Shown in pieces: positions 39,668 to 50,023 of a stretch of 64,000 bases of DNA. This DNA is from an uncultured Planctomycetia bacterium (GTDB taxonomy: Bacteria > Omnitrophota > Gorgyraeia > VGKH01 > JBHPFN01). The notes under the pieces are model-generated. The model did not search any database. It was not told the origin of the DNA and worked only from the letters and a program-made list of their open reading frames with translations. The stretch covers positions 2,870-66,869 of the forward strand of contig CAYOSQ010000010.1 in the NCBI GenBank assembly GCA_964406665.1, given 5' to 3'. Position numbers and translations under genes: made by a program. How positions within the stretch are numbered: the first letter of the stretch is position 1; each line of letters starts with the position of its first letter.

Positions 39668-40669
39668 CTATTTAGCTTTTTTCAAAAAAACGTCTTTGAT
39701 AAAACCTCTGCCCTCTTGAGTTGAAACGGTCAACCAAGAATATGTAACGAATTGTAGAAAACTTAGAATCGGATGATAAAGCCAGTATTTATTCTTATTC
39801 TTAACTGCTAAAAATAGAGCATGAATACCAGAAAACACAGGAATTCCTGCATAGAAAAACCAAATAAATAATTTTTTGAAAAAGAATTTATCAATGATCC
39901 AATTCAAATTTCTTTTTTTCCTATGCTTAAGAAAATGCTGGAAATAATTTCTTTTAAGCTTAGATCTCCATTCCCTAACTGAGCTTACATGGTGATGAAT
40001 AATATTCAGATTAGGTATATAGCCGATTAAATCATGGTTTTCTTCTATCATTTTCTGGAATATATCATTATCTCCGATAAAATCTTCTTCCAAAAAATAT
40101 TTCTTAACAAAGTCATATCTAAGAACTAAACCATTGGCACCCCAAACTAACGGCCTTTGAGAATCCATTCTGAAAAAATTTATTTCTTTTTCTTTAGAGT
40201 TAACTGACTGACTTCTTTCTAAATAATAACTTATATTTTTATTCAAGAAATAAGATAATGGTTCGCTTTGTATTAACGAAAAATAATGATTTACAGCAGC
40301 GTCATGCTTATCCGCAACAATCCTTCCCCAGGCAGCTGCAAGCTCTAAATTGCTTTCAAAACAATCATTTACGGTAGAAAACCAATCATTCCCCACCAGT
40401 TCATTATCTGCAGCAAACATAACAGTAAGATCTCCCGATGCTAACTCTCCATAAATAGTAAAAGCGTAATGTGCTAGTTTTCTTTTATTGATATGAAATT
40501 TTACAGGATACCGAGAAGCTATTTCTTTGGTATTATCAGACGAGCCTCCATCAACGATAATAACTTCGATCTTCTCCTTAGGATAATTCTGATAATATAT
40601 GCTATCTAAGCATTTTTTCAACCACTTCCCAGCATTATACGTCGGAATAAAAACAGAAAATTTAAACAC
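39668..40669 (-). CDS. Glycosyltransferase family 2 (GTG start)
   Basis: SVFIPTYN, IIVDGGSSDNT, FAADNEL, GANG; C-terminal hydrophobic segment. Confidence 0.85.
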   Translation of the reverse strand: MFKFSVFIPTYNAGKWLKKCLDSIYYQNYPKEKIEVIIVDGGSSDNTKEIASRYPVKFHINKRKLAHYAFTIYGELASGDLTVMFAADNELVGNDWFSTVNDCFESNLELAAAWGRIVADKHDAAVNHYFSLIQSEPLSYFLNKNISYYLERSQSVNSKEKEINFFRMDSQRPLVWGANGLVLRYDFVKKYFLEEDFIGDNDIFQKMIEENHDLIGYIPNLNIIHHHVSSVREWRSKLKRNYFQHFLKHRKKRNLNWIIDKFFFKKLFIWFFYAGIPVFSGIHALFLAVKNKNKYWLYHPILSFLQFVTYSWLTVSTQEGRGFIKDVFLKKAK

Positions 40670-40683
40670 TTTTTAACTACCTT

Positions 40684-41361
40684 TTATATCTTAGATTTTG
40701 AACTATAACCTATTTTTCGTGCAGGTATTCCTGCAACTGTTATTCCTGCAGGTACATTTCTAACAACAACCGAACCAGCACCTATTAAAACATTAGAACC
40801 TATCTTTATATCGGGAACAATTTTTGCTCCTGCACCAACAAAAGTATTTTTGCCCACTCTTGCATTTGAAGAAAAGTTTACTCCTGGCCCAATATAAACA
40901 TTGTCTTTTAAGATTGTTTCATGCTCAATAGTTGAATTTGAGTAAACAACACAATTATTACCAATTTTTGCAAAAGCATTAACCACAACACCAGGATTAA
41001 TAACCACACCCTTGCCGACATTAGCAAACTTACTAATATACGCTTTAGAATGAATCAATTTAGGGATTTCTAAATTTAACTTCTGAATTGCAGAATACAG
41101 CTTTTCCCTAACCTTCATATATCTGTTTGAAATACCGATAGTGGCACAATTAACTTTAAGTTTTTTGACAATTTTGGTGATATCTTTTATGCTGCCCAAC
41201 ACAGGATAACCTAGTATTTTTTTATTAAATAAAGCTGAATTATCATCTAGATACCCGACTATTTCTATTTCTTTACCATGACATTCTTTTACCATGGCAA
41301 CAATTACCTTAGCATGTTGCCTGGCTCCCAAAATTATTAATCTTTTCATATTTATTCCCAA
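40684..41361 (-). CDS. Sugar N/O-acetyltransferase, NeuD/PglD hexapeptide family
   Basis: IILGARQHAKV, GYLDD, IEHE, hexapeptide repeats, GAGSVV..VAGIPAR. Confidence 0.9.
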   Translation of the reverse strand: MGINMKRLIILGARQHAKVIVAMVKECHGKEIEIVGYLDDNSALFNKKILGYPVLGSIKDITKIVKKLKVNCATIGISNRYMKVREKLYSAIQKLNLEIPKLIHSKAYISKFANVGKGVVINPGVVVNAFAKIGNNCVVYSNSTIEHETILKDNVYIGPGVNFSSNARVGKNTFVGAGAKIVPDIKIGSNVLIGAGSVVVRNVPAGITVAGIPARKIGYSSKSKI

Positions 41362-41384
41362 TTATTTTTTAAAAAAGAAACGGT

Positions 41385-42419
41385 TTATTTTTTTCGCAAT
41401 CTAACAGGCTTACCTTTTTTATTAATTGACTCCCCAACAGCAAGCAAAACCCTTAGAACATCTAGGCCATTAATTCCATCAGTCAACGGGTTATTTTTTT
41501 TCTGGACACATTCTAAAAAATGCTTACATTCAACCTTTAATGGTTCATCTTTTCTGAATCTCGGAGAAGAAACCTGACCATCATCCTGAATAATCATTTG
41601 AAACTCAGGAAAAGAATCATAGTCATGCTTATACTTCTTTTTCATTACACGCTTATCATAAAGTTTAATTGGTTCTTTTAAATCAAGATCATCAAAAACA
41701 ACCATTTTTTTACTACCAACAATAGTTATCTCCCGAACCTTTCTAGGATCAAGCCAACTAACATGAATATTGGCAATTATTTTTTTAGGATACATTAAAG
41801 TTATAAAAGCAACGTCCTCTTTCCCTTTTTGTAAATAATCCTGTCCTCTAGCCATAACCTTCACCGGCAAAGAACCAAGTAAATATAGAAAAATTGAAAT
41901 GTCATGAGAAGCCAAATCACCTGTTGCTCCAACATCTTTTCGCAGAGGACCTAAATTTGTTCTTTTAGAATGCAAATAATATACTCTTCCCAATGTCTTT
42001 TTCTTAACAATCTCTCTCATTTTTCTTATCGCAGAATTATAGAGGAAAGTATGTCCAATCATTAAAATTCGTTTTTCTTTTTTAGCTAAATTTACCAGCT
42101 CCTCAGCCCCTGAGAGATCTAGGGCTATTGGCTTCTCAGCCAGAACGTGTTTCTTTAAAAGCAACGCCTCCTTAATCAACTTATGGTGAGTAGCCGCTGG
42201 TGTTGATACAACAACAGCATCAATATCTTTATTGTTCAATATTCTTTTATAATTAGTGTGGAATTCTGCACTTGGACAGAACTGTTTTACGTGCTTCAAC
42301 CTTTTCTTATCCATATCACAAACACCCACAACTGAAGCGTTTGGGAGTCGACTGAAATTTCTTACAAAATTCGGTCCCCAGTGCCCACATCCGATAATGC
42401 CGATATTAACTTTTTTCAT
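41385..42419 (-). CDS. Gfo/Idh/MocA oxidoreductase (WlbA/WbpB-like NDP-sugar 3-dehydrogenase candidate)
   Basis: IGCGHWG, STPAATH, HVLAEKP, GHTFLYN, DLASHD, HVSWLDPRK. Confidence 0.88.
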   Translation of the reverse strand: MKKVNIGIIGCGHWGPNFVRNFSRLPNASVVGVCDMDKKRLKHVKQFCPSAEFHTNYKRILNNKDIDAVVVSTPAATHHKLIKEALLLKKHVLAEKPIALDLSGAEELVNLAKKEKRILMIGHTFLYNSAIRKMREIVKKKTLGRVYYLHSKRTNLGPLRKDVGATGDLASHDISIFLYLLGSLPVKVMARGQDYLQKGKEDVAFITLMYPKKIIANIHVSWLDPRKVREITIVGSKKMVVFDDLDLKEPIKLYDKRVMKKKYKHDYDSFPEFQMIIQDDGQVSSPRFRKDEPLKVECKHFLECVQKKNNPLTDGINGLDVLRVLLAVGESINKKGKPVRLRKK

Positions 42420-42427
42420 AATTACCT

Positions 42428-43918
42428 TTAGTTACATAATTGAGTTTTGGACTTTCCAAAACCAAAATCAATAATATGTCCTATGACTTTTAAAAAAGCG
42501 CGCCAAAAATATTTGATGTCGTCAATCTCTCTTACGCTAATTATTTTTCTAAAAATAAACTCAGGTGAAAAACTCACAGAATACATTCCTTTAACAAGAT
42601 TTAAAAGGTCCTTGCGATCAAAAGATAGTTTCATTACAGGATTTTTCATATCATAATAAGACCAATCTAAACTATAAAGCAAATCCTTATCGCGACATTC
42701 TTGAAACAAAGGAGTATTAGGATAGGGTATAACCACTGTTGCTTGCATAGTATATGCATAATCTTTTTTGAGTAACCACTTACCTAAATCGAGAGTTTTT
42801 CTAGCATCTTCATAACTTTCCCAGGGATAACCAAACATCATCGTAATGTGAGGATAAAGACCCACTTTTCTTGCATCTTTGCAGGAACTTATAATTGTTT
42901 CTACTTTTAGATTCTTTTTTATTCGATCTAAGGTTGATTGATTTGCTGATTCTAAGCCAAAAAGGAGGAATCTAAAGCCCGCCTTCCTCATTAATTTGTA
43001 TCCATCAAAATCAACAGCACCAAATCGTAGATTGCAATCAAGGGTAATCTTTTTATTAAGACCTCTTTCTATCATTCCGTTACAGAATTCAACCAACCAT
43101 TCTCCAACAGGAAAAGTTCCTGAATCATCCATGATTTCTTTAACTTTATATTTATTATGCAGTAATTCTATTTCATCTAAAACGTTCTTTACGCTTCTAG
43201 ATCTAAAGCGCGGATAAAGTTGTGGCCAACTGCAAAAACTACACTGGGCCCACCAACAATCTCTACCGCTCATAATGTAAGTTCCAGGAGTTCTGCGATA
43301 ATTTCCGTTCTTATAAGCATAAAGTTCCCACTTAGTAAGCTCTCTATCTATGAATGGTGCTAAATTTAAATCGTGATTTAACTCAAATTTTCCCGTATTC
43401 TTGACCCTTTCCCCATGTCTATACCATATGCCTGGCTCTAAATTATCAATTTCAGAAATCGAACCAGATACATTTAGATTTCTGCAAAGATTCAACATAA
43501 GAAAATCATAATCTCCACCTGTTAATACAAAATCAACCTTTGAATTAACAAATGATTCCCCAGGTAATCCGGTAACATGATCACCAAATAACACAATTTT
43601 TGTTTCTGGAGAAACTGACTTTATTTTATTAATAATTTCCCAATGTTGTTTAATAACAGGGGTTTTTGTTTCAAATGCAATTAGGTTAAATTTCTCTGCC
43701 TTAAGCAACTTAATGTAATTCTCAAAGCTAATATCCTCTGCTGCACAGTCATTCCATGTCACATTAAACCCATTTTGTTTAAGCATGGTTGCAGCAGTTG
43801 CAGGAACAACAGGATAAATAAAGGTTGGCTCTTTGAAATACTGAAACTGTCTATTCTGTCCAAGGGTCGGAAACCCTTTATCGTTACAAAGAGGTGGATA
43901 AGAAATTAAGATTTTCAT
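42428..43918 (-). CDS. Cobalamin-binding-domain radical SAM protein with CX4CX2C motif (HpnJ-like)
   Basis: GQNRQFQ..IYPVVPATAAT, FGDHVT, GGDYD, GRDCWWAQCSFCSWPQ, FGLESAN, PYPNT. Confidence 0.88.
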   Translation of the reverse strand: MKILISYPPLCNDKGFPTLGQNRQFQYFKEPTFIYPVVPATAATMLKQNGFNVTWNDCAAEDISFENYIKLLKAEKFNLIAFETKTPVIKQHWEIINKIKSVSPETKIVLFGDHVTGLPGESFVNSKVDFVLTGGDYDFLMLNLCRNLNVSGSISEIDNLEPGIWYRHGERVKNTGKFELNHDLNLAPFIDRELTKWELYAYKNGNYRRTPGTYIMSGRDCWWAQCSFCSWPQLYPRFRSRSVKNVLDEIELLHNKYKVKEIMDDSGTFPVGEWLVEFCNGMIERGLNKKITLDCNLRFGAVDFDGYKLMRKAGFRFLLFGLESANQSTLDRIKKNLKVETIISSCKDARKVGLYPHITMMFGYPWESYEDARKTLDLGKWLLKKDYAYTMQATVVIPYPNTPLFQECRDKDLLYSLDWSYYDMKNPVMKLSFDRKDLLNLVKGMYSVSFSPEFIFRKIISVREIDDIKYFWRAFLKVIGHIIDFGFGKSKTQLCN

Positions 43919-43921
43919 TAG

Positions 43922-44878
43922 TTATTTTTCTTCGCTTAATTTGCTTGAAAATAGGCCTTTTAGCAGGTTCCAGCCATATACCATATGAGATAAAATTATA
44001 CCAAAGAATTTCAAATAAATCAATCGTAAATCTTTGGAAATGCTACAAATAAGAACCAGCAATAAATATGCGCCTGTGCCTAAAAAATACAGCAAATTGA
44101 GCCTAGGAAACAGGAAAGTTGCAATAGCCCCAAAGAAAATAAAGCTAAGCAATAATGAAGGCAGGAAATAAGAAAGCTTCCTGGAGGTTTGAGGGAATTT
44201 TTTCATAAAATATCCCCTGTGAAGTGCATAATTAGCGATTTGCTGCAGATGTTTCTTAAATAAAGTCCTTCTATGGTGATAAACTATTACTTCCGGATCA
44301 TACAAAATCCTCTTATTCAGCTTTTTTGTTATTTCTAAACATAAAATTGTATCTTCGCCTGGCCAAAAATCTACATTAAAACCTCCTATTTGTTGAAAAA
44401 CTGACTTACGGATAATAAAATTGCACGATGGATAATCTTCTACGTAACATTTAGTTTTAGGTTTATACCTTAAAGAATAAAATCCGCTCACTAAAATAGA
44501 TTCATAACAACTTCCACTTGCACTTTGTCTAGGACTGTCGTTGAGGGGTGTTATCGCAGGACCACCTACTGCAGCAATTTCTGGATCGCTAAAATGCCTT
44601 ATTGCCTTTTTTAACCAATCCCTATTTTTGGGATATGCATCATCATCGATAAACGCTAAAATTTCTCCCTTAGCCTCTTTTAACGCTATATCTCTTTTTT
44701 TAGGTGCAGAAATCTTTCCAGTTTCTATAATTCTAACTTTTGGGTTATCAAAAATAAATCTCTCGTCGGGAAAGACGATTATTTCAAAATCATGATAATC
44801 CAAATTACAACACTTCTCAAGACACTCTTTTAGATTGTCGTTGAAGGTTTTTACGGCGATAATAATCGATACGGTCAT
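43922..44878 (-). CDS. Glycosyltransferase family 2 with C-terminal TM helices
   Basis: KRDIA, AFIDDDAYP, VGGP, PSCNF, GGF..FWPGED, VYHHRR. Confidence 0.9.
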   Translation of the reverse strand: MTVSIIIAVKTFNDNLKECLEKCCNLDYHDFEIIVFPDERFIFDNPKVRIIETGKISAPKKRDIALKEAKGEILAFIDDDAYPKNRDWLKKAIRHFSDPEIAAVGGPAITPLNDSPRQSASGSCYESILVSGFYSLRYKPKTKCYVEDYPSCNFIIRKSVFQQIGGFNVDFWPGEDTILCLEITKKLNKRILYDPEVIVYHHRRTLFKKHLQQIANYALHRGYFMKKFPQTSRKLSYFLPSLLLSFIFFGAIATFLFPRLNLLYFLGTGAYLLLVLICSISKDLRLIYLKFFGIILSHMVYGWNLLKGLFSSKLSEEK

Positions 44879-45605
44879 AATATTTTAAAATATGCATCCG
44901 ATAAAAAATTGCCAATGTATCAATACCTGTTTTATACATTGCCTGCCAACCTATTCTGCCAAACGGTCTTTTAGTTTGCAAAACAACCGGTGCCTCTGCA
45001 ATCTTAAAACCTAAATGATATGCATTTACAAGAATTTCTAAATCGAAGGCAAACTGTTTTACTAAAATTCTCGGAAATATTTCTTTGATTGCCTCTTTTT
45101 TGAAAAGCTTTAAACCGGTCTGAGTATCATGAATTGGTAATCCAAATAAAACTTTTATGATCAAAAAGTATATACGGCTAATAAGTTTTCTGCGCCAAGG
45201 ATAATCAACAACAGAATTTGGATGCATCTTAGAACCTATAACAATATCTGCATCATCAAGCCTCATTATATCAATAAACGTCTGTAGCTGAGCAGGATGT
45301 AGATCCATATCCGCATCAAGAAAAACAATATAATCGCCCGTTGCGTAACGTATTCCTTTCTTAATTGCCCTTCCCTTTCCATAGTTTTGCCAATTCTTTT
45401 TTATGAAAACATTATTGTTTTTGCGGCAAAGTTTCTGCACTGCCTCATAAGTTCCATCAGTGCTTCCATCATCCATAATAATAATTTCATACTGACATCC
45501 GAACTCCTCGAATGTTTTTATTGTCTCCTCGAGTGAAGAAAAAATTCTTGAAAGTTCGTTGTGAGCAGGAATTATAACTGAGACTTTACCCATTAAAGTT
45601 TTCAT
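44817..45605 (-). CDS. GT2, DPM1/ALG5/AglJ-like polyprenyl-phosphate glycosyltransferase
   Basis: SVIIPAHNE, DDGSTDGT, NYGKGRAIKKG, FLDADMD, DTQTGLKLF, FAFDLEIL. Confidence 0.9.
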   Translation of the reverse strand: MKTLMGKVSVIIPAHNELSRIFSSLEETIKTFEEFGCQYEIIIMDDGSTDGTYEAVQKLCRKNNNVFIKKNWQNYGKGRAIKKGIRYATGDYIVFLDADMDLHPAQLQTFIDIMRLDDADIVIGSKMHPNSVVDYPWRRKLISRIYFLIIKVLFGLPIHDTQTGLKLFKKEAIKEIFPRILVKQFAFDLEILVNAYHLGFKIAEAPVVLQTKRPFGRIGWQAMYKTGIDTLAIFYRMHILKYYDRIDYYRRKNLQRQSKRVS

Positions 45606-45608
45606 TGA

Positions 45609-46868
45609 TTAAGATTTCCAATCAACATTAAATAATCCAGCTATAAATACTATTGATGAAGTAACAACTAGAGCAATAAGAACATTGGTTAGATTCCCAT
45701 GAAATAAAGTTATCAGGGTAGTCTGCAAAATTACTCCACCTACTAAATAAGGAATAAATCTTAAACTATGAACAGATAAAAAATAAAAGATAAGAATTTG
45801 TACTAAAGCATAAAAAGTCATTGCAGTACAAAATAATCTTACTAATGGAATACACTCAACAAACATTTTACGTGTTAAAGTCTTCATAACAAAAGAAGGA
45901 AAAGAAAAACAAACAATATCTGCAGAAATACACAAGACAGCAGCCAAAATAATCCCTTTCAACAAAAACGGAGCAACTCTTCTATTTTTTGCAACAGCCT
46001 CACTCATCTTAGGAAAAAGTACTATTCCAACAGTCCCGGGTAAAAAAAGAATGATTTTACCGACCATCTGTGCCACTGAGTATTTTCCTGCCAAAAGAGG
46101 TGAGAAAAAATGTTTTACCAAAATAACATCGCTGTTAATTAAAGCCATATAGCACAACATGCTGATTGCAACAGGAAAGAAAAAAGAATAGATCTCACGT
46201 AAATTAAGCTCTGAAACGTGACAGCTTCTTGCTTTAAATATCTTCTTAGGAATGAACGAAAAAGCTACAACAAAAGAAGAAATACTTGCTAAAATAAATC
46301 CCCATAAAGCTCCACCAGCTCTAAATCCTAAATTAACAAAAGATATCCCAGTAATCAGACGCACCAAACCATTAGTTACAGAATTAACTGCCATAGCGCC
46401 GAAGCGTTGAATTCCCTGAATAGTTCCCATGGTAATCGGTAGAAAAAGAGCAACAAACAAACCAAAACCTGTTATAACTATCAAAATTGTCGATTCTATC
46501 TGCAAGAAATGAGCTATATTCTTACTAAACAACATAAAAACTAAAAATACACCGAATCCGAAAACAAATAACCTTTTACCGAAATAATGAAAAAAACATT
46601 TAATTTTTTCTTTCTGATCAAAACTATGAAAACGAGAAACAAACTTAGTTACAACCGTCTGGAATGTACCCATGGGTAATCCGACAATCATCAACAAGGA
46701 AAGTAAGGAATTAAGCGTACCATAATCAACAGGATCTAACTTCCTGACCATAAAAAGCCAGAAAACTAAATTGCAGACATTCATAAATACGTTGGCAAGA
46801 AAAAGTAAGCTACTTGAACGCAAAAGGTCGCTAATCGATCTTATTCCTGAACCAATTAATTGTTTCAT
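45609..46868 (-). CDS. Oligosaccharide flippase (Wzx/MOP superfamily)
   Basis: About 12 TM helices; [41 protein letters not shown]. Confidence 0.85.
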   Translation of the reverse strand: MKQLIGSGIRSISDLLRSSSLLFLANVFMNVCNLVFWLFMVRKLDPVDYGTLNSLLSLLMIVGLPMGTFQTVVTKFVSRFHSFDQKEKIKCFFHYFGKRLFVFGFGVFLVFMLFSKNIAHFLQIESTILIVITGFGLFVALFLPITMGTIQGIQRFGAMAVNSVTNGLVRLITGISFVNLGFRAGGALWGFILASISSFVVAFSFIPKKIFKARSCHVSELNLREIYSFFFPVAISMLCYMALINSDVILVKHFFSPLLAGKYSVAQMVGKIILFLPGTVGIVLFPKMSEAVAKNRRVAPFLLKGIILAAVLCISADIVCFSFPSFVMKTLTRKMFVECIPLVRLFCTAMTFYALVQILIFYFLSVHSLRFIPYLVGGVILQTTLITLFHGNLTNVLIALVVTSSIVFIAGLFNVDWKS

Positions 46869-47778
46869 TTAACCCTTCTTCTAGTTTTATTTTTGGAAGC
46901 CATCGAAGGTATTTCTTGGCTCTGGAAATATTAGGCTGGCGCTGCTTCGGATCATCCTGCGGCAATGCTTTGAAAATAATTTTACTGCTACTGTTAGTTA
47001 ATTTGATAATTCTTTTAGCTAATTCATTAATAGTAAACTCACCGGGATTTCCTAAATTGACCGGCTCAATTAAAGAAGTCTTCATTAACCTACAAATTCC
47101 TTCCACTAAATCATCAATATAGCAGAAAGACCGGGTCTGTTTTCCATCCCCGTATGTGGTCAATGATTTACCATCTAATGCTTGAGTAATGAAATTCGGA
47201 ATAACTCTCCCATCATGACTTCTCATACGAGGACCATATGTATTAAATATACGTACTATTCGTGTGTCAATTTTATGTTCCCGATGATATGCCATAACAA
47301 TTGCTTCTGCAAATCTTTTTGATTCGTCATAACAACCTCTTATGCCTATAGGATTTACATGACCCCAATAACTTTCTTTCTGAGGATGCTCTTTCGGATC
47401 TCCGTAAACTTCTGATGTAGATGCAAGTAAGAATTTTGCTTTTTTAAGCTTAGCTAAACCAAGTGTATTGTGGGTTCCCAAAGATCCAACTTTTAATGTC
47501 TTAATTGGATATGTTAAATAATCAACCGGGCTAGCAAGAGAAGCAAAATGCAAAACATAATCGATATTACCTTTAAGAGAAATTGGCTTGCTGACATCAT
47601 GCATCAAAAACTCAAAGCTTTTGTTTTTAGCCAAATGCTCGATGTTTTCCATTGCTCCAGTAATCATATTATCCAAACAAATAACTTTATATCCGTCGGC
47701 AAGCAATCTATCACATAAATGTGAACCAATGAAACCTGCCCCACCAGTAATTACAATAGTTTTTCTTTTTCGAACCAT
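46831..47778 (-). CDS. uxs: UDP-glucuronate decarboxylase (UDP-xylose synthase)
   Basis: [69 protein letters not shown]. Confidence 0.9.
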   Translation of the reverse strand: MVRKRKTIVITGGAGFIGSHLCDRLLADGYKVICLDNMITGAMENIEHLAKNKSFEFLMHDVSKPISLKGNIDYVLHFASLASPVDYLTYPIKTLKVGSLGTHNTLGLAKLKKAKFLLASTSEVYGDPKEHPQKESYWGHVNPIGIRGCYDESKRFAEAIVMAYHREHKIDTRIVRIFNTYGPRMRSHDGRVIPNFITQALDGKSLTTYGDGKQTRSFCYIDDLVEGICRLMKTSLIEPVNLGNPGEFTINELAKRIIKLTNSSSKIIFKALPQDDPKQRQPNISRAKKYLRWLPKIKLEEGLNETINWFRNKID

Positions 47779-48692
47779 TTTATTGTCAACCTTAACCCTT
47801 TCTCAAAATCAACTTTTGGTTTAAATCTTAATATTTTCTCAGCCTTAGCTATATCTGCAAGAGTTTTAAAAACATCTCCAGGTCTAGAATTTTCAAAAAC
47901 TGGCAATACATTCTTACCCATAATGTTATTTATGGCATCAACTAATTCTAAAACTGAGTTATCTTTGCCGTTAGCTATATTTATGGCTGCCCATTTAATA
48001 TCAGGTGTTTCCGCAGCCAAAATATTAGCTTCTACAACATTATCTATATAAGTAAAATCTCTTGATTGTTTACCATTGCCATATATCGGCGGCGGTTGAT
48101 TTTTAGCAATGCAAGTTATAAATTTAGGCACAACTACTGCATATTCATCATCAAGCGACTGCCTAGGACCGAAAACATTAAAATATCTTAATGCCACAGC
48201 AGACAAACCAAATATCTCACTGAATATTCTACAATAATATTCACCGGCTATTTTTGTCAAAGCATAAGGAGAAATTGGCTGAGGCATAATCTCTTCATTC
48301 TCTGGAAAGCTTTCAGTATCACCATAAATAGAACTTGAAGATGCAAAAACTAAGCGCTTAACCTTATTTTCAATACATGATTGAAGCAAATTAACCATGC
48401 CGTCAATATTCACCTCATTATATTCATGCGGCACAGTTAAAGATTTAGGCACAGATCTAAGCGCGGCTTGATGTAAAACAAAATCAACACCTTGCGTTGC
48501 TTTCTTCACCAGCTCACAATCTCTTATATCTCCTTCAATTAACTCTATTTTATTTAAAACACCAGCAATATTTTCTCTTTTTCCTGAGCAGAAGTTATCG
48601 ATTACCCTCACATTATGACCATCTTTAACTAATCTATCAACAATATGAGAACCTATAAATCCAGCACCACCAGTAACTAGATAATTGCTCAT
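47751..48692 (-). CDS. UDP-GlcNAc(A) 4-epimerase-like SDR (WbpP/TviC family)
   Basis: [62 protein letters not shown]. Confidence 0.88.
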   Translation of the reverse strand: MSNYLVTGGAGFIGSHIVDRLVKDGHNVRVIDNFCSGKRENIAGVLNKIELIEGDIRDCELVKKATQGVDFVLHQAALRSVPKSLTVPHEYNEVNIDGMVNLLQSCIENKVKRLVFASSSSIYGDTESFPENEEIMPQPISPYALTKIAGEYYCRIFSEIFGLSAVALRYFNVFGPRQSLDDEYAVVVPKFITCIAKNQPPPIYGNGKQSRDFTYIDNVVEANILAAETPDIKWAAINIANGKDNSVLELVDAINNIMGKNVLPVFENSRPGDVFKTLADIAKAEKILRFKPKVDFEKGLRLTIKWFEKEKLL

Positions 48693-49987
48693 AATCTTTT
48701 TATCCTCTTATCATTCTTACCTGAATAAACATTTCTCGTATCAAAAATTAGGTTTGCATTCTTTAAAATATTGCTATAGTTAATTTTCTCATGATCAGAA
48801 ACAATTACCACACAATCAAACCAACTTAGATTCTTTTTATTCATCAAAACAGATTTTAGATGAATATCGTTAAATCTTAAGTATGGAATTAATGGGTCAG
48901 AATAAGAAACATCTACCCCAAAATCTTGCAAGCGAGCAATCATATCAAGCGCCGGAGATTTTCTTAAATCTTTCACATCCTTTTTGTAAGTAACTCCCAA
49001 AATTAAAATCTTTGCTGCTTTTAAACTTTTCTTATTATCTTTAAGAATTTCTTTTAAGCGCTCAATGATGTAATAGGGCATACTTGAATTTATGTCTGCA
49101 GCTAACTTTATAAAACGAGAACGAAAGCCGAATTTACGCGCTTTCCAGTATAAATAAAGAGGATCCTTAGGAATACAGTGTCCCCCTACTCCCGGCCCCG
49201 GATAAAACGGCATAAAACCAAATGGCTTAGTCTTAGCACCCCTTATTACTTCCCAAATATCTATATCCAATTTATGGCACATCATCGCTACTTCATTTAT
49301 TAATCCGATATTAACGATACGGAAAGTGTTTTCAAGAAGCTTTACTGTTTCAGCAATTTTTGCCGAAGAAACTGAATGAACTTTTTTTATCGCTTTCTGA
49401 TACAAAAGCTTTGCAAGGATTGTTGATTCTTTTGTAACCCCGCCAACGATTTTTGTTATTTTCTCGACGCTATAAACTTTATTACCAGGGTCAATTCTCT
49501 CAGGAGAAAACGCAAGGAAGAAATCTTCTCCACATTTAAGCCCACCTTTTTCAAACAATGGCAAAATTACCTCATCTGTAGTTCCCGGATATGTAGTACT
49601 TTCTAAAACAACAAGCTTACCCTTAATGTACTTTCTAATCTTTTTAACAGCACTTAATATAAAAGAAATGTTCGGATGATATTTTCTTTTTAAAGGAGTG
49701 GGTACACAAATAAAAATTATATCGATATCTTTTAAAACCTTAAAATCAGCAGTGCCTTTAAGTTTTTTACTTTTGATTAGACGTTGCAGATCATCTTTTT
49801 TCACATCCAAAATATATGGAATTGCTTTCTTGAGCCTGCTAATTCTATCTTTATCCGTATCAATACCACAAACTTCAAACCCTGCCTTTGCAAAACTTAC
49901 TGCCAAAGGAAGACCAACATAACCAAGACCGACAACAGCAATTTTTGCTTTTTTACTAATGATATTTTTCTTTAGTTTCTTATACAT
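48689..49987 (-). CDS. UDP-N-acetylhexosamine 6-dehydrogenase (WbpA/WecC family)
   Basis: VGLGYVGLPLA, CVPTP, ESTTYPGTT, FSPERIDPG, KLLENTFR, GPGVGGHCIPKD. Confidence 0.92.
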   Translation of the reverse strand: MYKKLKKNIISKKAKIAVVGLGYVGLPLAVSFAKAGFEVCGIDTDKDRISRLKKAIPYILDVKKDDLQRLIKSKKLKGTADFKVLKDIDIIFICVPTPLKRKYHPNISFILSAVKKIRKYIKGKLVVLESTTYPGTTDEVILPLFEKGGLKCGEDFFLAFSPERIDPGNKVYSVEKITKIVGGVTKESTILAKLLYQKAIKKVHSVSSAKIAETVKLLENTFRIVNIGLINEVAMMCHKLDIDIWEVIRGAKTKPFGFMPFYPGPGVGGHCIPKDPLYLYWKARKFGFRSRFIKLAADINSSMPYYIIERLKEILKDNKKSLKAAKILILGVTYKKDVKDLRKSPALDMIARLQDFGVDVSYSDPLIPYLRFNDIHLKSVLMNKKNLSWFDCVVIVSDHEKINYSNILKNANLIFDTRNVYSGKNDKRIKRL

Positions 49988-50023
49988 TGAAAATTCTCTT
50001 AGAATTGAATAAAGAATGGAATA

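Noticed and set aside
1-43918. Interpretation as a RiPP cluster (many radical SAMs, SPASM enzyme, HPrK-like kinase, nucleotidyltransferase)
   Set aside because: No precursor peptide with leader/core features, no PqqD/RRE, peptidase, lasso cyclase or peptide exporter; the context is GTs, a flippase and NDP-sugar enzymes.
4026-43918. Annotation of the B12 radical SAMs as BchE (anaerobic Mg-protoporphyrin cyclase) or hopanoid methylases
   Set aside because: This is a common automatic label for the architecture, but there are no photosynthesis or hopanoid genes in the window, and seven divergent copies among GTs argue against it.
44880-44892. T_TTA_AAA slippery site near the GT2/GT2 overlap as a programmed fusion
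   Set aside because: A -1 shift meets a stop within three codons; the downstream gene is in the +1 frame.
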